Virus record (IMG/VR): IMGVR_UViG_3300020220_003756
Coordinates: 1-64,000 of that record
Length of the DNA: 64,000 nt
Origin: a virus
Direction: 5' to 3' (one strand)
The position numbers were made by a program, and so were the translations under genes. The notes beneath the pieces are model-generated. The model saw only the letters and a program-made list of their open reading frames with translations. It did no database searches and was not told the origin of the DNA. Below, piece after piece: positions 20,921 to 29,331 of this stretch; within the stretch, counting starts at the first letter, position 1, and each line of letters begins with the position of its first letter.

Positions 20921-20932
20921 TTGATACCTTTC

Positions 20933-21172
20933 TTAGAAAAGTTTTGCCGGAAGTTGTTGTTCTCTTAATTTTTTACGCCATCTTGCTTTGGCAGCAGATT
21001 TTTTCCGTTTACGAATACTGGTTGGTTTTTCGTAAAATTCATGTTTTCTAAGATCATCTAAAATATTAGAATCTTCGATTTTTTTCTTGAAACGCCTGAG
21101 GGCCTGGTTAATGTTTTCGTTTTCTTTGAAAACAACCGTCCTTCCCTGTAATTGATTGTTAAATTGTTTCAT
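20933..21172 (-). CDS. rpsU: ribosomal protein bS21
   Basis: ENINQALRRFKKK...EFYEKPT..RKRKK..A..R. Confidence 0.92.
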   Translation of the reverse strand: MKQFNNQLQGRTVVFKENENINQALRRFKKKIEDSNILDDLRKHEFYEKPTSIRKRKKSAAKARWRKKLREQQLPAKLF

Positions 21173-21548
21173 TATTTTCCATTCTAAAAGTAAGCAATTC
21201 TACAACATCTTCGACTGAGTATATAGCAGATTTGTTAATTTTATTCAATTTTTTTAATGTGCCAAAGTAATAAGAATTTCGTTGGGCAGCAAAATATCCT
21301 ACCATGGTATCATCGAGAGAGTCTGCATTAAAGATTATAAAGTCGCTTTTGAGTTTTTTGTCTAATATCCAATCTATTGAATCGGTAGGTCTAGCGGAAT
21401 ACACTACTATGTTTCCCACTTTGTTGAGACGGAGTAAACTTTCTGAAATTATTTGGGTTTGATTTTCTGTAAGATCATAGATTAAAAATCTAAAACTATC
21501 TGGTAAAAAATCATCCGGAACAGTGACTATGATTACATGGTCAGACAT
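21159..21548 (-). CDS. hypothetical protein
   Basis: 129 aa in operon. Confidence 0.7.
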   Translation of the reverse strand: MSDHVIIVTVPDDFLPDSFRFLIYDLTENQTQIISESLLRLNKVGNIVVYSARPTDSIDWILDKKLKSDFIIFNADSLDDTMVGYFAAQRNSYYFGTLKKLNKINKSAIYSVEDVVELLTFRMENNETI

Positions 21549-21550
21549 CT

Positions 21551-23068
21551 TTAACCTTTTTTGATCCTTTGCCAGATAGTATTGTCATTTTGTTCGGCAT
21601 TTTGAATATAATCGGTCATTCTTCCTTGCTTCGTACTATCTGCTGCATTCCCTCTTTCTCCATCCATCTCGTTATCTTTTTTTTTAGATTCTGACTCTAC
21701 TAGATGATCTCCTGGGCGTTCGTTGGATTTTTGAAGTTGTTCTTGGGCCCATTTAGCTGCCTCCAACGCCGCTTCATCGTCACCGAAATCGGCTATAGGT
21801 TTAAGATAATCTTCCCAGGGCAATTTATCGATGATCCCTCTTTCTAGCAACATTCTTTGATGCTTGACGCTGTTCTTGATACCTTCGGATTTCCAGATTC
21901 TCATCGCTATTTTTTCTGTTTCTGCTGCCTGCTCTATAAGTTCTTCTTCTTTTTCTTCGTCGACGGCTCGTTCTGCCTCGGCGATCATTTCGTTCCATTC
22001 TTCTAACGGATCCTTTTTAGATTCTTCAGAAACTTTAGATTTGACTGGATCGGTTTCTATCTCCGCTATTTTTCTGTTGGCTTCTTCTGCAACATCATCT
22101 CCAGTCTGTGTTTCTGGATCTGTTTGTGGTTGTCCGCCACTTCCTTCATCAACTGATCCGATCGCGGACTGCTGTGATGGGGATGTTTCTTCTCTGTCGA
22201 CTTCCGATGGGGTGTCCTCTTGAACCAACTCATTTTTTCGCTCCTCTTCTTGTTGTCTGAACCATTGGAAACTGTATTGGCTAGACAATAGTAATACCAC
22301 TGCCAGGGGATCGAACACCAACACGATGGTTATAATCACCCAGGTTACTGCTCTTTCTAACATGTTCTGATCGGTCTGATCGCCATAGATCAGTTTGGCG
22401 ATATATTTGATTGGACCCACTTCGGCCTCGACCTTGCGCATCTCTGCCCGAACAGGTGCGATTTCTTCCTGTAGTTTTACGATTCGAGATTGCGCTTCTT
22501 CGATCTGCTTGGTCAATGTTTCTCGATCTCGAGATTGGCTACGGCGGATCTGCAGGCTGCGTTCTGCGGCACTGCGCACCTGTGTCGTACCATCTTTGAG
22601 TTTGATTTCTTGATCACCTGTGGCGATGACCCCAGTAACGGCTGCATCCATCTGTTTGATAACTGCCTGAGCGTTGGCTATGTTCTCACGCTCGATCTTG
22701 ATCTTTTCATCTGCCAGAGATATCTTGGCCTGTACATCACCGCTGACGATATTTTGATCCAGATGCGCCTTTGACAGATACCCGAATATGCCCAAAGACG
22801 TTATGATCATCAATATGGCGATAGCGGCTATGAGATATATCTTGATCAGACTAGGTGCCCGGTGCCAGTTCCATTTCAACCATACAGTGGCTACCAGTTT
22901 GCTGACTTCTAAGGCCACTCCCATTATGATGATGGACACGGCACTAGCGGCAAAAATAGAAACTAGGCCTGCCACCGAATACCACACTGCCACAGCAGAA
23001 ATTATCAATCCACTGAGCAATGTTAGATATGCTATTATCTTGTCAGATGTGCCATACGTATATTTCAT
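21551..23068 (-). CDS. membrane protein with coiled coil and acidic tail
   Basis: N-terminal TMs, TSLGIFGYLSKAH, EVGPIKYIA, VFDPLAV; A9 run near the 3' end. Confidence 0.85.
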   Translation of the reverse strand: MKYTYGTSDKIIAYLTLLSGLIISAVAVWYSVAGLVSIFAASAVSIIIMGVALEVSKLVATVWLKWNWHRAPSLIKIYLIAAIAILMIITSLGIFGYLSKAHLDQNIVSGDVQAKISLADEKIKIERENIANAQAVIKQMDAAVTGVIATGDQEIKLKDGTTQVRSAAERSLQIRRSQSRDRETLTKQIEEAQSRIVKLQEEIAPVRAEMRKVEAEVGPIKYIAKLIYGDQTDQNMLERAVTWVIITIVLVFDPLAVVLLLSSQYSFQWFRQQEEERKNELVQEDTPSEVDREETSPSQQSAIGSVDEGSGGQPQTDPETQTGDDVAEEANRKIAEIETDPVKSKVSEESKKDPLEEWNEMIAEAERAVDEEKEEELIEQAAETEKIAMRIWKSEGIKNSVKHQRMLLERGIIDKLPWEDYLKPIADFGDDEAALEAAKWAQEQLQKSNERPGDHLVESESKKKDNEMDGERGNAADSTKQGRMTDYIQNAEQNDNTIWQRIKKG

Positions 23069-23078
23069 GAACTATTAT

Positions 23079-23522
23079 TTATTGCTTCAACCATCGCCAA
23101 TTTGTGTGCGCATTATCAAAGCAGGCAGTCTGTGACAGGGTTTTTTCTACTCCGTAGGCGATCGCCTGAACATGCATCCTTCTGCAATAACCGGAACCAG
23201 TCGGCCAGGTCAACACCGGCCTAGCATAGCCGCTGGCATCGCCTCTATACCACTCAACCGTTTGACCGTTTTCAGCAAACATAACTGCATGCGTCAAGGC
23301 CTGATGATAAGCGGATTTTTGATCATCATCTAGTGTCTTGAAAAATCCAAAAGATACAGTTATAGCCTCATTGATAAATGATTCGCTTCGATATTCAAAG
23401 AATCTTGGATTGTTAATATCGTTGGCCTGAACAGTGCTAGCGACCAATAACATCGACAACTTCCCAACTACCATCAGGCTTTTGACAACTGATACCTTTG
23501 CGTTGGACATCATTTCCTCCAA
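23079..23522 (-). CDS. secreted surface-antigen-like protein
   Basis: ENGQTVEW...SG...GYCR...QTAC pattern; true start probably later. Confidence 0.65.
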   Translation of the reverse strand: MEEMMSNAKVSVVKSLMVVGKLSMLLVASTVQANDINNPRFFEYRSESFINEAITVSFGFFKTLDDDQKSAYHQALTHAVMFAENGQTVEWYRGDASGYARPVLTWPTGSGYCRRMHVQAIAYGVEKTLSQTACFDNAHTNWRWLKQ

Positions 23523-23757
23523 TCCTCATCCAATAAGTAAACTCACCGCAATACGGACTAAATCCGGCCCTTGATGCTGTTAATCTTTTGATCTGATCAT
23601 CCGTGCATTCTACCTGAGTTTTACTGTTAACACGTTCTCCATTTTGGGTTTCAATAGTTTGGCTAGTATGACAATACTGTGGCTTTTTCGCTGAAACCTT
23701 AGGTGCTGAAGAACACCCGACTAATAATAGGCCGGCTAATATGATAGCGATCTTCAT
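23437..23757 (-). CDS. lipoprotein
   Basis: lipobox LLVGC; 4 further Cys. Confidence 0.8.
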   Translation of the reverse strand: MKIAIILAGLLLVGCSSAPKVSAKKPQYCHTSQTIETQNGERVNSKTQVECTDDQIKRLTASRAGFSPYCGEFTYWMRIGGNDVQRKGISCQKPDGSWEVVDVIGR

Positions 23758-24245
23758 TACTGTGCCTTCGCAGACTTGGCTTCTTGCATCAATCTCTCAA
23801 AAGTTTCCAGAGGCATCTTGATCCGTACATAGGTATGCACACGGCTAGTAGCAGCCAATTGATAAGAATGCTTCTTGACTTCAAGATGCTCTCGGATCAC
23901 GGTATCTACCACTTTGTGCTCGACAAAAGTTCGAGTGTTGCGCTTGTCATTGGTGATGTCAATAGTGGTAGACGAGTTGACCGAACCGTTGATGCGTTCG
24001 GCGAAACCCTTGACAGCGAATGCATAGGCCTGTGCTTCTGCGGCCTGCTCATAGATGCTTTCTCCCATTCCGCAGGCATAGGCAAATTTGTCACGATTCC
24101 AGAACTTCCACCCTTCGGAGCCGATCTGTTCGCAATCAACATACCAATTAGGATGCGCTTTGGTATCACGGACTTCGATGGTTTTCATAGAAGAGCAGCC
24201 AGTGACTGCCGCAGCCATAATGCCGATTATAATTGCCTTTTTCAT
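23757..24245 (-). CDS. lipoprotein (LPP20-like)
   Basis: lipobox AVTGC; PxWY, CGMGES. Confidence 0.8.
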   Translation of the reverse strand: MKKAIIIGIMAAAVTGCSSMKTIEVRDTKAHPNWYVDCEQIGSEGWKFWNRDKFAYACGMGESIYEQAAEAQAYAFAVKGFAERINGSVNSSTTIDITNDKRNTRTFVEHKVVDTVIREHLEVKKHSYQLAATSRVHTYVRIKMPLETFERLMQEAKSAKAQ

Positions 24246-24280
24246 AATTACCTTTCTGTGTGTGAGTTACGACATTAATA

Positions 24281-24309
24281 ATTATAGCATCGCAGCCAAC
24301 CAAAGTCAA
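24281..24309 (-). promoter_or_regulatory. sigma70 promoter
   Basis: TTGACT-17-TATAAT. Confidence 0.8.
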
Positions 24310-24326
24310 CTACGGTGATTACCAAT

Positions 24327-24632
24327 CTACTTGAAGAAGATCAATGCCATCATCACGGCCTGGAGCATGAATCCAAAACCCAGGGTGACGATATTGAACA
24401 TGTCTCGTTTGGCAGCGGCTTTGGCGAACAGCAGGGCCAGTCCAAACCAAACCATCAAAACCAAATCCACCGCAGGCATCTTGTCAGTGATGCCTGCCAT
24501 CACTGCTAAGAAACTAGGTATAGTGGCCGAGTGTAAGACCAAAATGGCCACCCATTCTAGGCTCTCCGGGCTCAGCCGACTGAAATATCTTTTGAGACCG
24601 TCGCGGACCTTTTCTATGTCAAATGTTTTCAT
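24327..24632 (-). CDS. small membrane protein
   Basis: three TM segments; start revised to MKTF. Confidence 0.75.
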   Translation of the reverse strand: MKTFDIEKVRDGLKRYFSRLSPESLEWVAILVLHSATIPSFLAVMAGITDKMPAVDLVLMVWFGLALLFAKAAAKRDMFNIVTLGFGFMLQAVMMALIFFK

Positions 24633-25164
24633 TTGGTTTCCTGTAGAAGATGTGGGCTCCAATTTTAATTATCCTTTCTAGTTTCCAGTTAGGGCTGACG
24701 TAATCAGCATGATAATACAATGCTTTATTTAAGCTGTCAAGACGGAATCCTTCCAGGTAGACTTTTTTAGCCACTGCATAACTATCGGCATAGGCCTTAT
24801 CGTTGATCTTGCGATTTCTATGGTTAGCATCGCAGTACCAAGAGAACTGGCAGATAACCGTGGAAAAGATCACGGTCTTTTCGTAGACTACTCCGCATAC
24901 CGTTTTTGGAAATCTCGGATCCTTCACCCTGTTTAGTGTGACCTGAGCGACAGCTACTTTACCTTCGAACGGTTCGTATCCCGCTTCGCGATAGATGTTC
25001 AGAGCAAGACATTCTAGATCTTTTTCTATGCTCTCCGCAGATACAAATTGATATCCTTCTTGTCCGCTTAACTTTTGAAATTTCCATCCGGTTATCGAAC
25101 TTACTACAAACATCACCAACAACAGCGATACTGCTATACTACCCAATCTAAGAGATTGAAACAT
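24619..25164 (-). CDS. cell wall hydrolase (SleB/Hydrolase_2 family)
   Basis: CLALNIYREA, VAQVTLNRV, CQFSW, YYHADYV, HIFY; start revised to ATG 25164 with AAGGAGG SD. Confidence 0.92.
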   Translation of the reverse strand: MFQSLRLGSIAVSLLLVMFVVSSITGWKFQKLSGQEGYQFVSAESIEKDLECLALNIYREAGYEPFEGKVAVAQVTLNRVKDPRFPKTVCGVVYEKTVIFSTVICQFSWYCDANHRNRKINDKAYADSYAVAKKVYLEGFRLDSLNKALYYHADYVSPNWKLERIIKIGAHIFYRKPNENI

Positions 25165-25435
25165 TGTGTTCCTCCTTTCATTTGGTGTCACGATCTTCTG
25201 TGACATTACACTACAGGGAGTTAACTTCACGAGGCTCTATAAGAGAACCCTTGGTTCGTGTAGTCGTCTCCATCAGTTACGACACGCTGCCTTGCTGTTT
25301 ACAAGACTGCGCTTTCACCTTTGGCGAGCATGGCTTCCCGAATCTCACGGGTTTCTCATTGGCCAAGACTCGCGGGTCTGGACATTAAACTGGTTCGCTC
25401 CGTCCGGACCAACTATCTCAGTTTCTTGCGAAACG
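25165..25435 (-). ncRNA. candidate large structured RNA / 5' leader of the cell wall hydrolase
   Basis: ~270 nt with at least 8 stems, including a GCAA tetraloop hairpin; no credible ORF. Confidence 0.65.
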
Positions 25436-25481
25436 TTTAATATATATCGCATTTTACTGTCAGAGTGTAAAAAATACACGA

Positions 25482-25898
25482 TTATCGACGATTTTTGACA
25501 ATATTTACAACGAAATCTTCAAAAACTTTTTCCGGCCAGGTACTCTTTGCGTTATTAACCCAATGAGTGGTAAATCTCACATTGCCTTTTACATAGCCTT
25601 TATTGTTGTTGATTCTATCCAAACTCGCTCGATATGGGTTTTTGTCTTCTCTAGTTCCAGATTTTGTCTGCATTTTAATGCCGCTTACAGCACACAATCC
25701 GTTTTGTCGATGCCACAGTTTAACGAGATAATCTCGATCGAGATCAAAATCCCATCCGTTGTTTTTAGCCCGTTTAGCGCTGTCTTTTAAAATAGTCATT
25801 GATAACCAAGGACCGATATCATTATCGGCATTTTGAAATACTTTCTTTATGTACCGTTCTCTTTTATTGTCAATCAAAAATAGGGTGTTAAATGTCAT
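25482..25898 (-). CDS. putative HNH-like endonuclease
   Basis: QNGLCAVSG...SLDRINNNKGYVKGNV...VN. Confidence 0.7.
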   Translation of the reverse strand: MTFNTLFLIDNKRERYIKKVFQNADNDIGPWLSMTILKDSAKRAKNNGWDFDLDRDYLVKLWHRQNGLCAVSGIKMQTKSGTREDKNPYRASLDRINNNKGYVKGNVRFTTHWVNNAKSTWPEKVFEDFVVNIVKNRR

Positions 25899-25899
25899 T

Positions 25900-26289
25900 C
25901 TATCGCCTCATTTTAGAAATTTCAACTGCCTCTTCATCAGAAAAAATCGGCACAGCATTACTCTTGTGCATGGTACCAATGCCTTTGATCTTAGTGCCTG
26001 TATAGACTTTCTGTTCGGGCTTGGTGCAGGGACCAGCGGTAAATGGAAGGCTTTCGATCTTAGGTTGGTCGCTGCCTCGATAAGATCTAGGTGCAGGTTT
26101 CCAGGTATCCGCAGTCATGGCTCTGCGGCGCTTCTTTTCTTCTGATTCGATACCCCATTTTTTCTGTAGGGCCTTCCAAGATTCTTCCAATTCGCGAGCC
26201 TTGCGGGCTTCGTCGGAATTGCGGAACTGGCGTTTGCCCTTGCGTTTGCCTGTGGTGGATAACCAAGGGCCTTCTAGATGCATGCTCAA
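25900..26289 (-). CDS. conserved hypothetical phage protein
   Basis: MHLEGPWL...GIGTMHKSNAVPIF; sigma70 promoter TTGACA-17-TAGAAT at 26322-26350. Confidence 0.8.
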   Translation of the reverse strand: MSMHLEGPWLSTTGKRKGKRQFRNSDEARKARELEESWKALQKKWGIESEEKKRRRAMTADTWKPAPRSYRGSDQPKIESLPFTAGPCTKPEQKVYTGTKIKGIGTMHKSNAVPIFSDEEAVEISKMRR

Positions 26290-26346
26290 AAGATCCTCCT
26301 ATACAGTTAGATAATGCTAGTATTCTAGCATCTCTCCTAGAAGTTG

Positions 26347-26766
26347 TCAATCAAAATCTTTTTTGAGCGTTTCTGCCGTTTCGGGATCCAATTGAATCTC
26401 TTTTGGGGTATCGCCGAGATAGTAGCCAAAGTACACAGGAAATCCTGCTTGCCACAGTCTCCTTTCGTGTTGAGGCAATCTCCAGCACACATAGTCATCT
26501 GGTTTGACGATCGGTTCTTTAGGAGGCTCGTTGTAGGGGCGATTGAGTTCAGGTTCCGATCCTGCCCAGCCGCTGCTTCCTGGAAAGGCATAATTATATG
26601 GCCCGGTATCTACTCTAAAGTATAATTTTTTTGCTGCTTCTGGCAGCGATCCGAGCGACTTGTCATATTCTAATATTTTTGCCTCTAACACGATACCGTT
26701 ACCATAGAAACATTCATTGAATTCAAGTTTAAACAGGTCGCTCAATTCTAATTTTGTAGTAAGCAT
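26347..26766 (-). CDS. hypothetical protein
   Basis: 139 aa, GAGG SD. Confidence 0.65.
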   Translation of the reverse strand: MLTTKLELSDLFKLEFNECFYGNGIVLEAKILEYDKSLGSLPEAAKKLYFRVDTGPYNYAFPGSSGWAGSEPELNRPYNEPPKEPIVKPDDYVCWRLPQHERRLWQAGFPVYFGYYLGDTPKEIQLDPETAETLKKDFD

Positions 26767-26800
26767 ATAATCCTCTCTGACAAATATTAGTTATCTCTCT

Positions 26801-26828
26801 AAAAAAGAGAGCCCGGATAAACCGGGCT
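26801..26828 (-). terminator. intrinsic terminator after ahpD
   Basis: AGCCCGG-TTTAT-CCGGGCT followed by CTCTTTTTT. Confidence 0.8.
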
Positions 26829-26849
26829 AGAATACAACTATGTTTAAAA

Positions 26850-27365
26850 TTAATTTTGTAAAACTCTTGATACTGCGGTAATCACTGAGGCAATGCGGCC
26901 GATGTCACGAAGTTGTTCTACTGTATAGCCTTCCTTCTTTAGTGTTTCATAGTGTGCTTTGACGCAGAAATGACACTTACCTACGATCGAAGCCGATAAT
27001 GCGTATGCTTCGAATCTGGCCTTAGTAGTTCCGCCATGTGTAGCGATGGCATTCATACGTAACTGTGCCGGCAATCCGCTGAGTGATTCATCCTCGGCCA
27101 TTTCTACGTAAGGATACCAAACATTGTTCATGGCCATTAAACTGGCTGCGGTAATTGCGGCTTCGGATTCTCGTTGATCTGCGATCTGACTCTGCATCCA
27201 AGTCCATAGTTTTGAATTACCTGTGGCAAAAGCCGCCGCGAGAGCAACCGCTTCTGCTTCTTCCTGTGGCAGAGTAGAACGCTTGACTACGGCATCGATA
27301 TTGAGTCGTGTGTCCTTAGCGTAGTCAGGAATAGTATCCTTGATTTGATCTACCCATGCAGTCAT
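26850..27365 (-). CDS. ahpD: alkyl hydroperoxide reductase AhpD (CMD family)
   Basis: IPDYAKDTRLN, MAMNNVWY, SIVGKCHFCVKAH. Confidence 0.93.
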   Translation of the reverse strand: MTAWVDQIKDTIPDYAKDTRLNIDAVVKRSTLPQEEAEAVALAAAFATGNSKLWTWMQSQIADQRESEAAITAASLMAMNNVWYPYVEMAEDESLSGLPAQLRMNAIATHGGTTKARFEAYALSASIVGKCHFCVKAHYETLKKEGYTVEQLRDIGRIASVITAVSRVLQN

Positions 27366-27923
27366 TTAAGCCACCTTTAGTTTTTTGGTTTCTAATGTAT
27401 CTGCACCTACTTGACGGTTACACTCACAGAGTTCGCCAGTTTGTAGTGCATCAAGAATACGCAGAGTTTCTTCTGCGTTACGGCCAACGTTCAAGTTATT
27501 CACAGTAACATGCTGGATGACATTGTCTGGATCAACGATGAATGTTGCGCGAAGGGCCGCACCCGCCGGAACAAAGAACACGCCCAGTTGCTCAACAAGA
27601 CTCAGTTCACCGCGCTGTGTGTCAGCGAACTGAACGTGCTTGATCTTAGCAAGGTCGCTGTGTGCTTTCTGCCAGCCTAGTTTGCAGAACTCATTGTCTG
27701 TGCTTCCAGTCAGCAATACTGCATCACGGTCTGCGAAATCTTGTTGTAATTTATCATAGGCAACGATTTCTGTGGGGCAAACGAAAGTAAAGTCTTTTGG
27801 ATAGCATACGATAACTTTCCATTTACCTTCAAAAGACTTTTCAGTGATGTCAAAAAACTTATCACTACCTGGATTGATACCGGTCACTACAAATGCTTCT
27901 AATCTATCACCAATTGTTTTCAT
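27366..27923 (-). CDS. ahpC: peroxiredoxin AhpC
   Basis: PKDFTFVCPTE, RATFIVDP, GRN, LC. Confidence 0.96.
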   Translation of the reverse strand: MKTIGDRLEAFVVTGINPGSDKFFDITEKSFEGKWKVIVCYPKDFTFVCPTEIVAYDKLQQDFADRDAVLLTGSTDNEFCKLGWQKAHSDLAKIKHVQFADTQRGELSLVEQLGVFFVPAGAALRATFIVDPDNVIQHVTVNNLNVGRNAEETLRILDALQTGELCECNRQVGADTLETKKLKVA

Positions 27924-27997
27924 GTGTTTCTCCTTGTGTGTGTTGAAAACTTAGAACTATTTTACAATTTATTTAACCTATAGATCAAGAGATTTTA

Positions 27998-28045
27998 ATA
28001 GGTTTTTGTTATTATTTTCCTATGGAGTTCATAGGTAAAAACAAT
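27998..28045. promoter_or_regulatory. OxyR-like operator upstream of ahpC
   Basis: ATAG-N7-TTAT-N7-CTAT-N7-ATAG-N7-CAAT. Confidence 0.6.
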
Positions 28046-28104
28046 ATTGTGCGTACAAAATATGCACTGGACAAGTATATAACCAACGGTCAGTAGGGGT
28101 CAAG

Positions 28105-28130
28105 AAAAAAGTGGCCCGAAGGCCACTTTT
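28105..28130. terminator. intrinsic terminator of the tmRNA
   Basis: AAAAAAGTGGCC-CGAA-GGCCACTTTT (UUCG loop on the minus strand). Confidence 0.9.
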
Positions 28131-28417
28131 GGTATTTTGGGAAACAAGGCATACCAACCCCGTGGAGACTACGCCGCTAGGCGAGTTTCTCCAAAAAATG
28201 CGTCGTTTGCATTTATAGTTTTGCTTGATTTACAGTCATCGCCTACTGTGTTGCCGTCTCCGTTATCTCACCCTGTCGAAACCGGTCGGACCCCTCAGAA
28301 ACACACTGTACAGATATTAGCAATGGCCTCTGTGGGACGATCAGTGTGCTTTTGGTGGATCCGGGGGGAATCGAACCCCCGTCCAGAATGCCTTCACATC
28401 GAAGGATGTACAACAAT
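28131..28417 (-). ncRNA. ssrA: circularly permuted (two-piece) tmRNA, tag ANDAFFGETRLAA
   Basis: T-arm GGGGGTTCGATTCCCCC plus CGGATCCACCA (ends 28353) precedes 5' end GGGTCCG (28293); G3-U70 pair; tag frame 28210-28169; TAAATA at 28423-28428. Confidence 0.93.
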
Positions 28418-28425
28418 ACTGTTAT

Positions 28426-28683
28426 TTAACTATCTCTTGACTCTAATGTCAATACTTTTAGATTTAGTAACATGTTTTCTACTGTTAGTTTGGTTATAGT
28501 ACTTAGTAGAATGACTTTGTCATCGAACGTGTATTCGGGCTTGTCAAACATTTCTAATATGCTAGTCGCCACCATCTTATAGGCCTGTTCTTTGCCTACG
28601 GCCAATCTATCCCAAGGTATGGAATCCTGTCCTTCTACCTCTTGTGCTATATCTACTAGGAGATCTAGATCTACTTTATGCAT
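28426..28683 (-). CDS. hypothetical protein
   Basis: 85 aa in operon. Confidence 0.7.
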   Translation of the reverse strand: MHKVDLDLLVDIAQEVEGQDSIPWDRLAVGKEQAYKMVATSILEMFDKPEYTFDDKVILLSTITKLTVENMLLNLKVLTLESRDS

Positions 28684-28686
28684 AAA

Positions 28687-29331
28687 TTATTTGATTTCTA
28701 ATTGGTCTATGCTGGTACCAAATACGCCTTTGGGGAAAACGTTAAATGCTAGGCTATATCTGGTTTTGTCTGATAGATTTTCTGTGACAGAATGATATAA
28801 AAGGCTAGGAAATAATATCAAATCGCCGACTTGAGGATATATTCCCCAGGCATCGGCGTTGAATACATTTAATCGATCTTGATCACCGTGTTGTTGATAA
28901 TTGAATCCAATCTCAACCGTATCAGTCCAAAGGTTATAATAACTTTTATCTTTTTGGAACACTATGGCACCGCTTTGATCATAGACTTCGAGATAATAGA
29001 TTCCGCTTATGATGCTGTTAGAATGTCGATGAGAGCCTGCAAAATCATTCCTGTCGTGCCTATTGACCCAACTATTCTGTATCTCAAAGTTCAATCGATC
29101 ATCACAGTCTAATATCTGGTGGAGGAAATAATCAATGTGAGCCTGTATTTTTCCTCGAAGACCGACTAGTTCTGCCGAATCTAATATGCGTTTGTTTTCA
29201 GTGTAACTGCCATTTTCTGCAGGCATGCGAGAAAAGACCTGTGATTTTATAAAATTTAAATCATCGCTATCACGTTCTATATTAGACTGATACAAGGGAA
29301 TAGGAAACAACGGAGTAAGATTATGATTCAT
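28687..29331 (-). CDS. 2OG-Fe(II) oxygenase (TIGR02466-like)
   Basis: SWVN, HxHxNSxISG, FPSxLxHSV, RYSLAFN. Confidence 0.9.
   Translation of the reverse strand: MNHNLTPLFPIPLYQSNIERDSDDLNFIKSQVFSRMPAENGSYTENKRILDSAELVGLRGKIQAHIDYFLHQILDCDDRLNFEIQNSWVNRHDRNDFAGSHRHSNSIISGIYYLEVYDQSGAIVFQKDKSYYNLWTDTVEIGFNYQQHGDQDRLNVFNADAWGIYPQVGDLILFPSLLYHSVTENLSDKTRYSLAFNVFPKGVFGTSIDQLEIK

Noticed and set aside
25164-25498. Plus-strand ORFs and the N-terminal extension of the hydrolase to 25230
   Set aside because: No SD or protein-like features; a strong SD marks ATG 25164 and the region is better explained as structured RNA
28353-28390. tRNA-like T-arm and CCA end
   Set aside because: No anticodon or D arm upstream; it is the acceptor piece of the permuted tmRNA
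28137-28499. 120-aa plus-strand ORF
   Set aside because: Antisense shadow of the tmRNA
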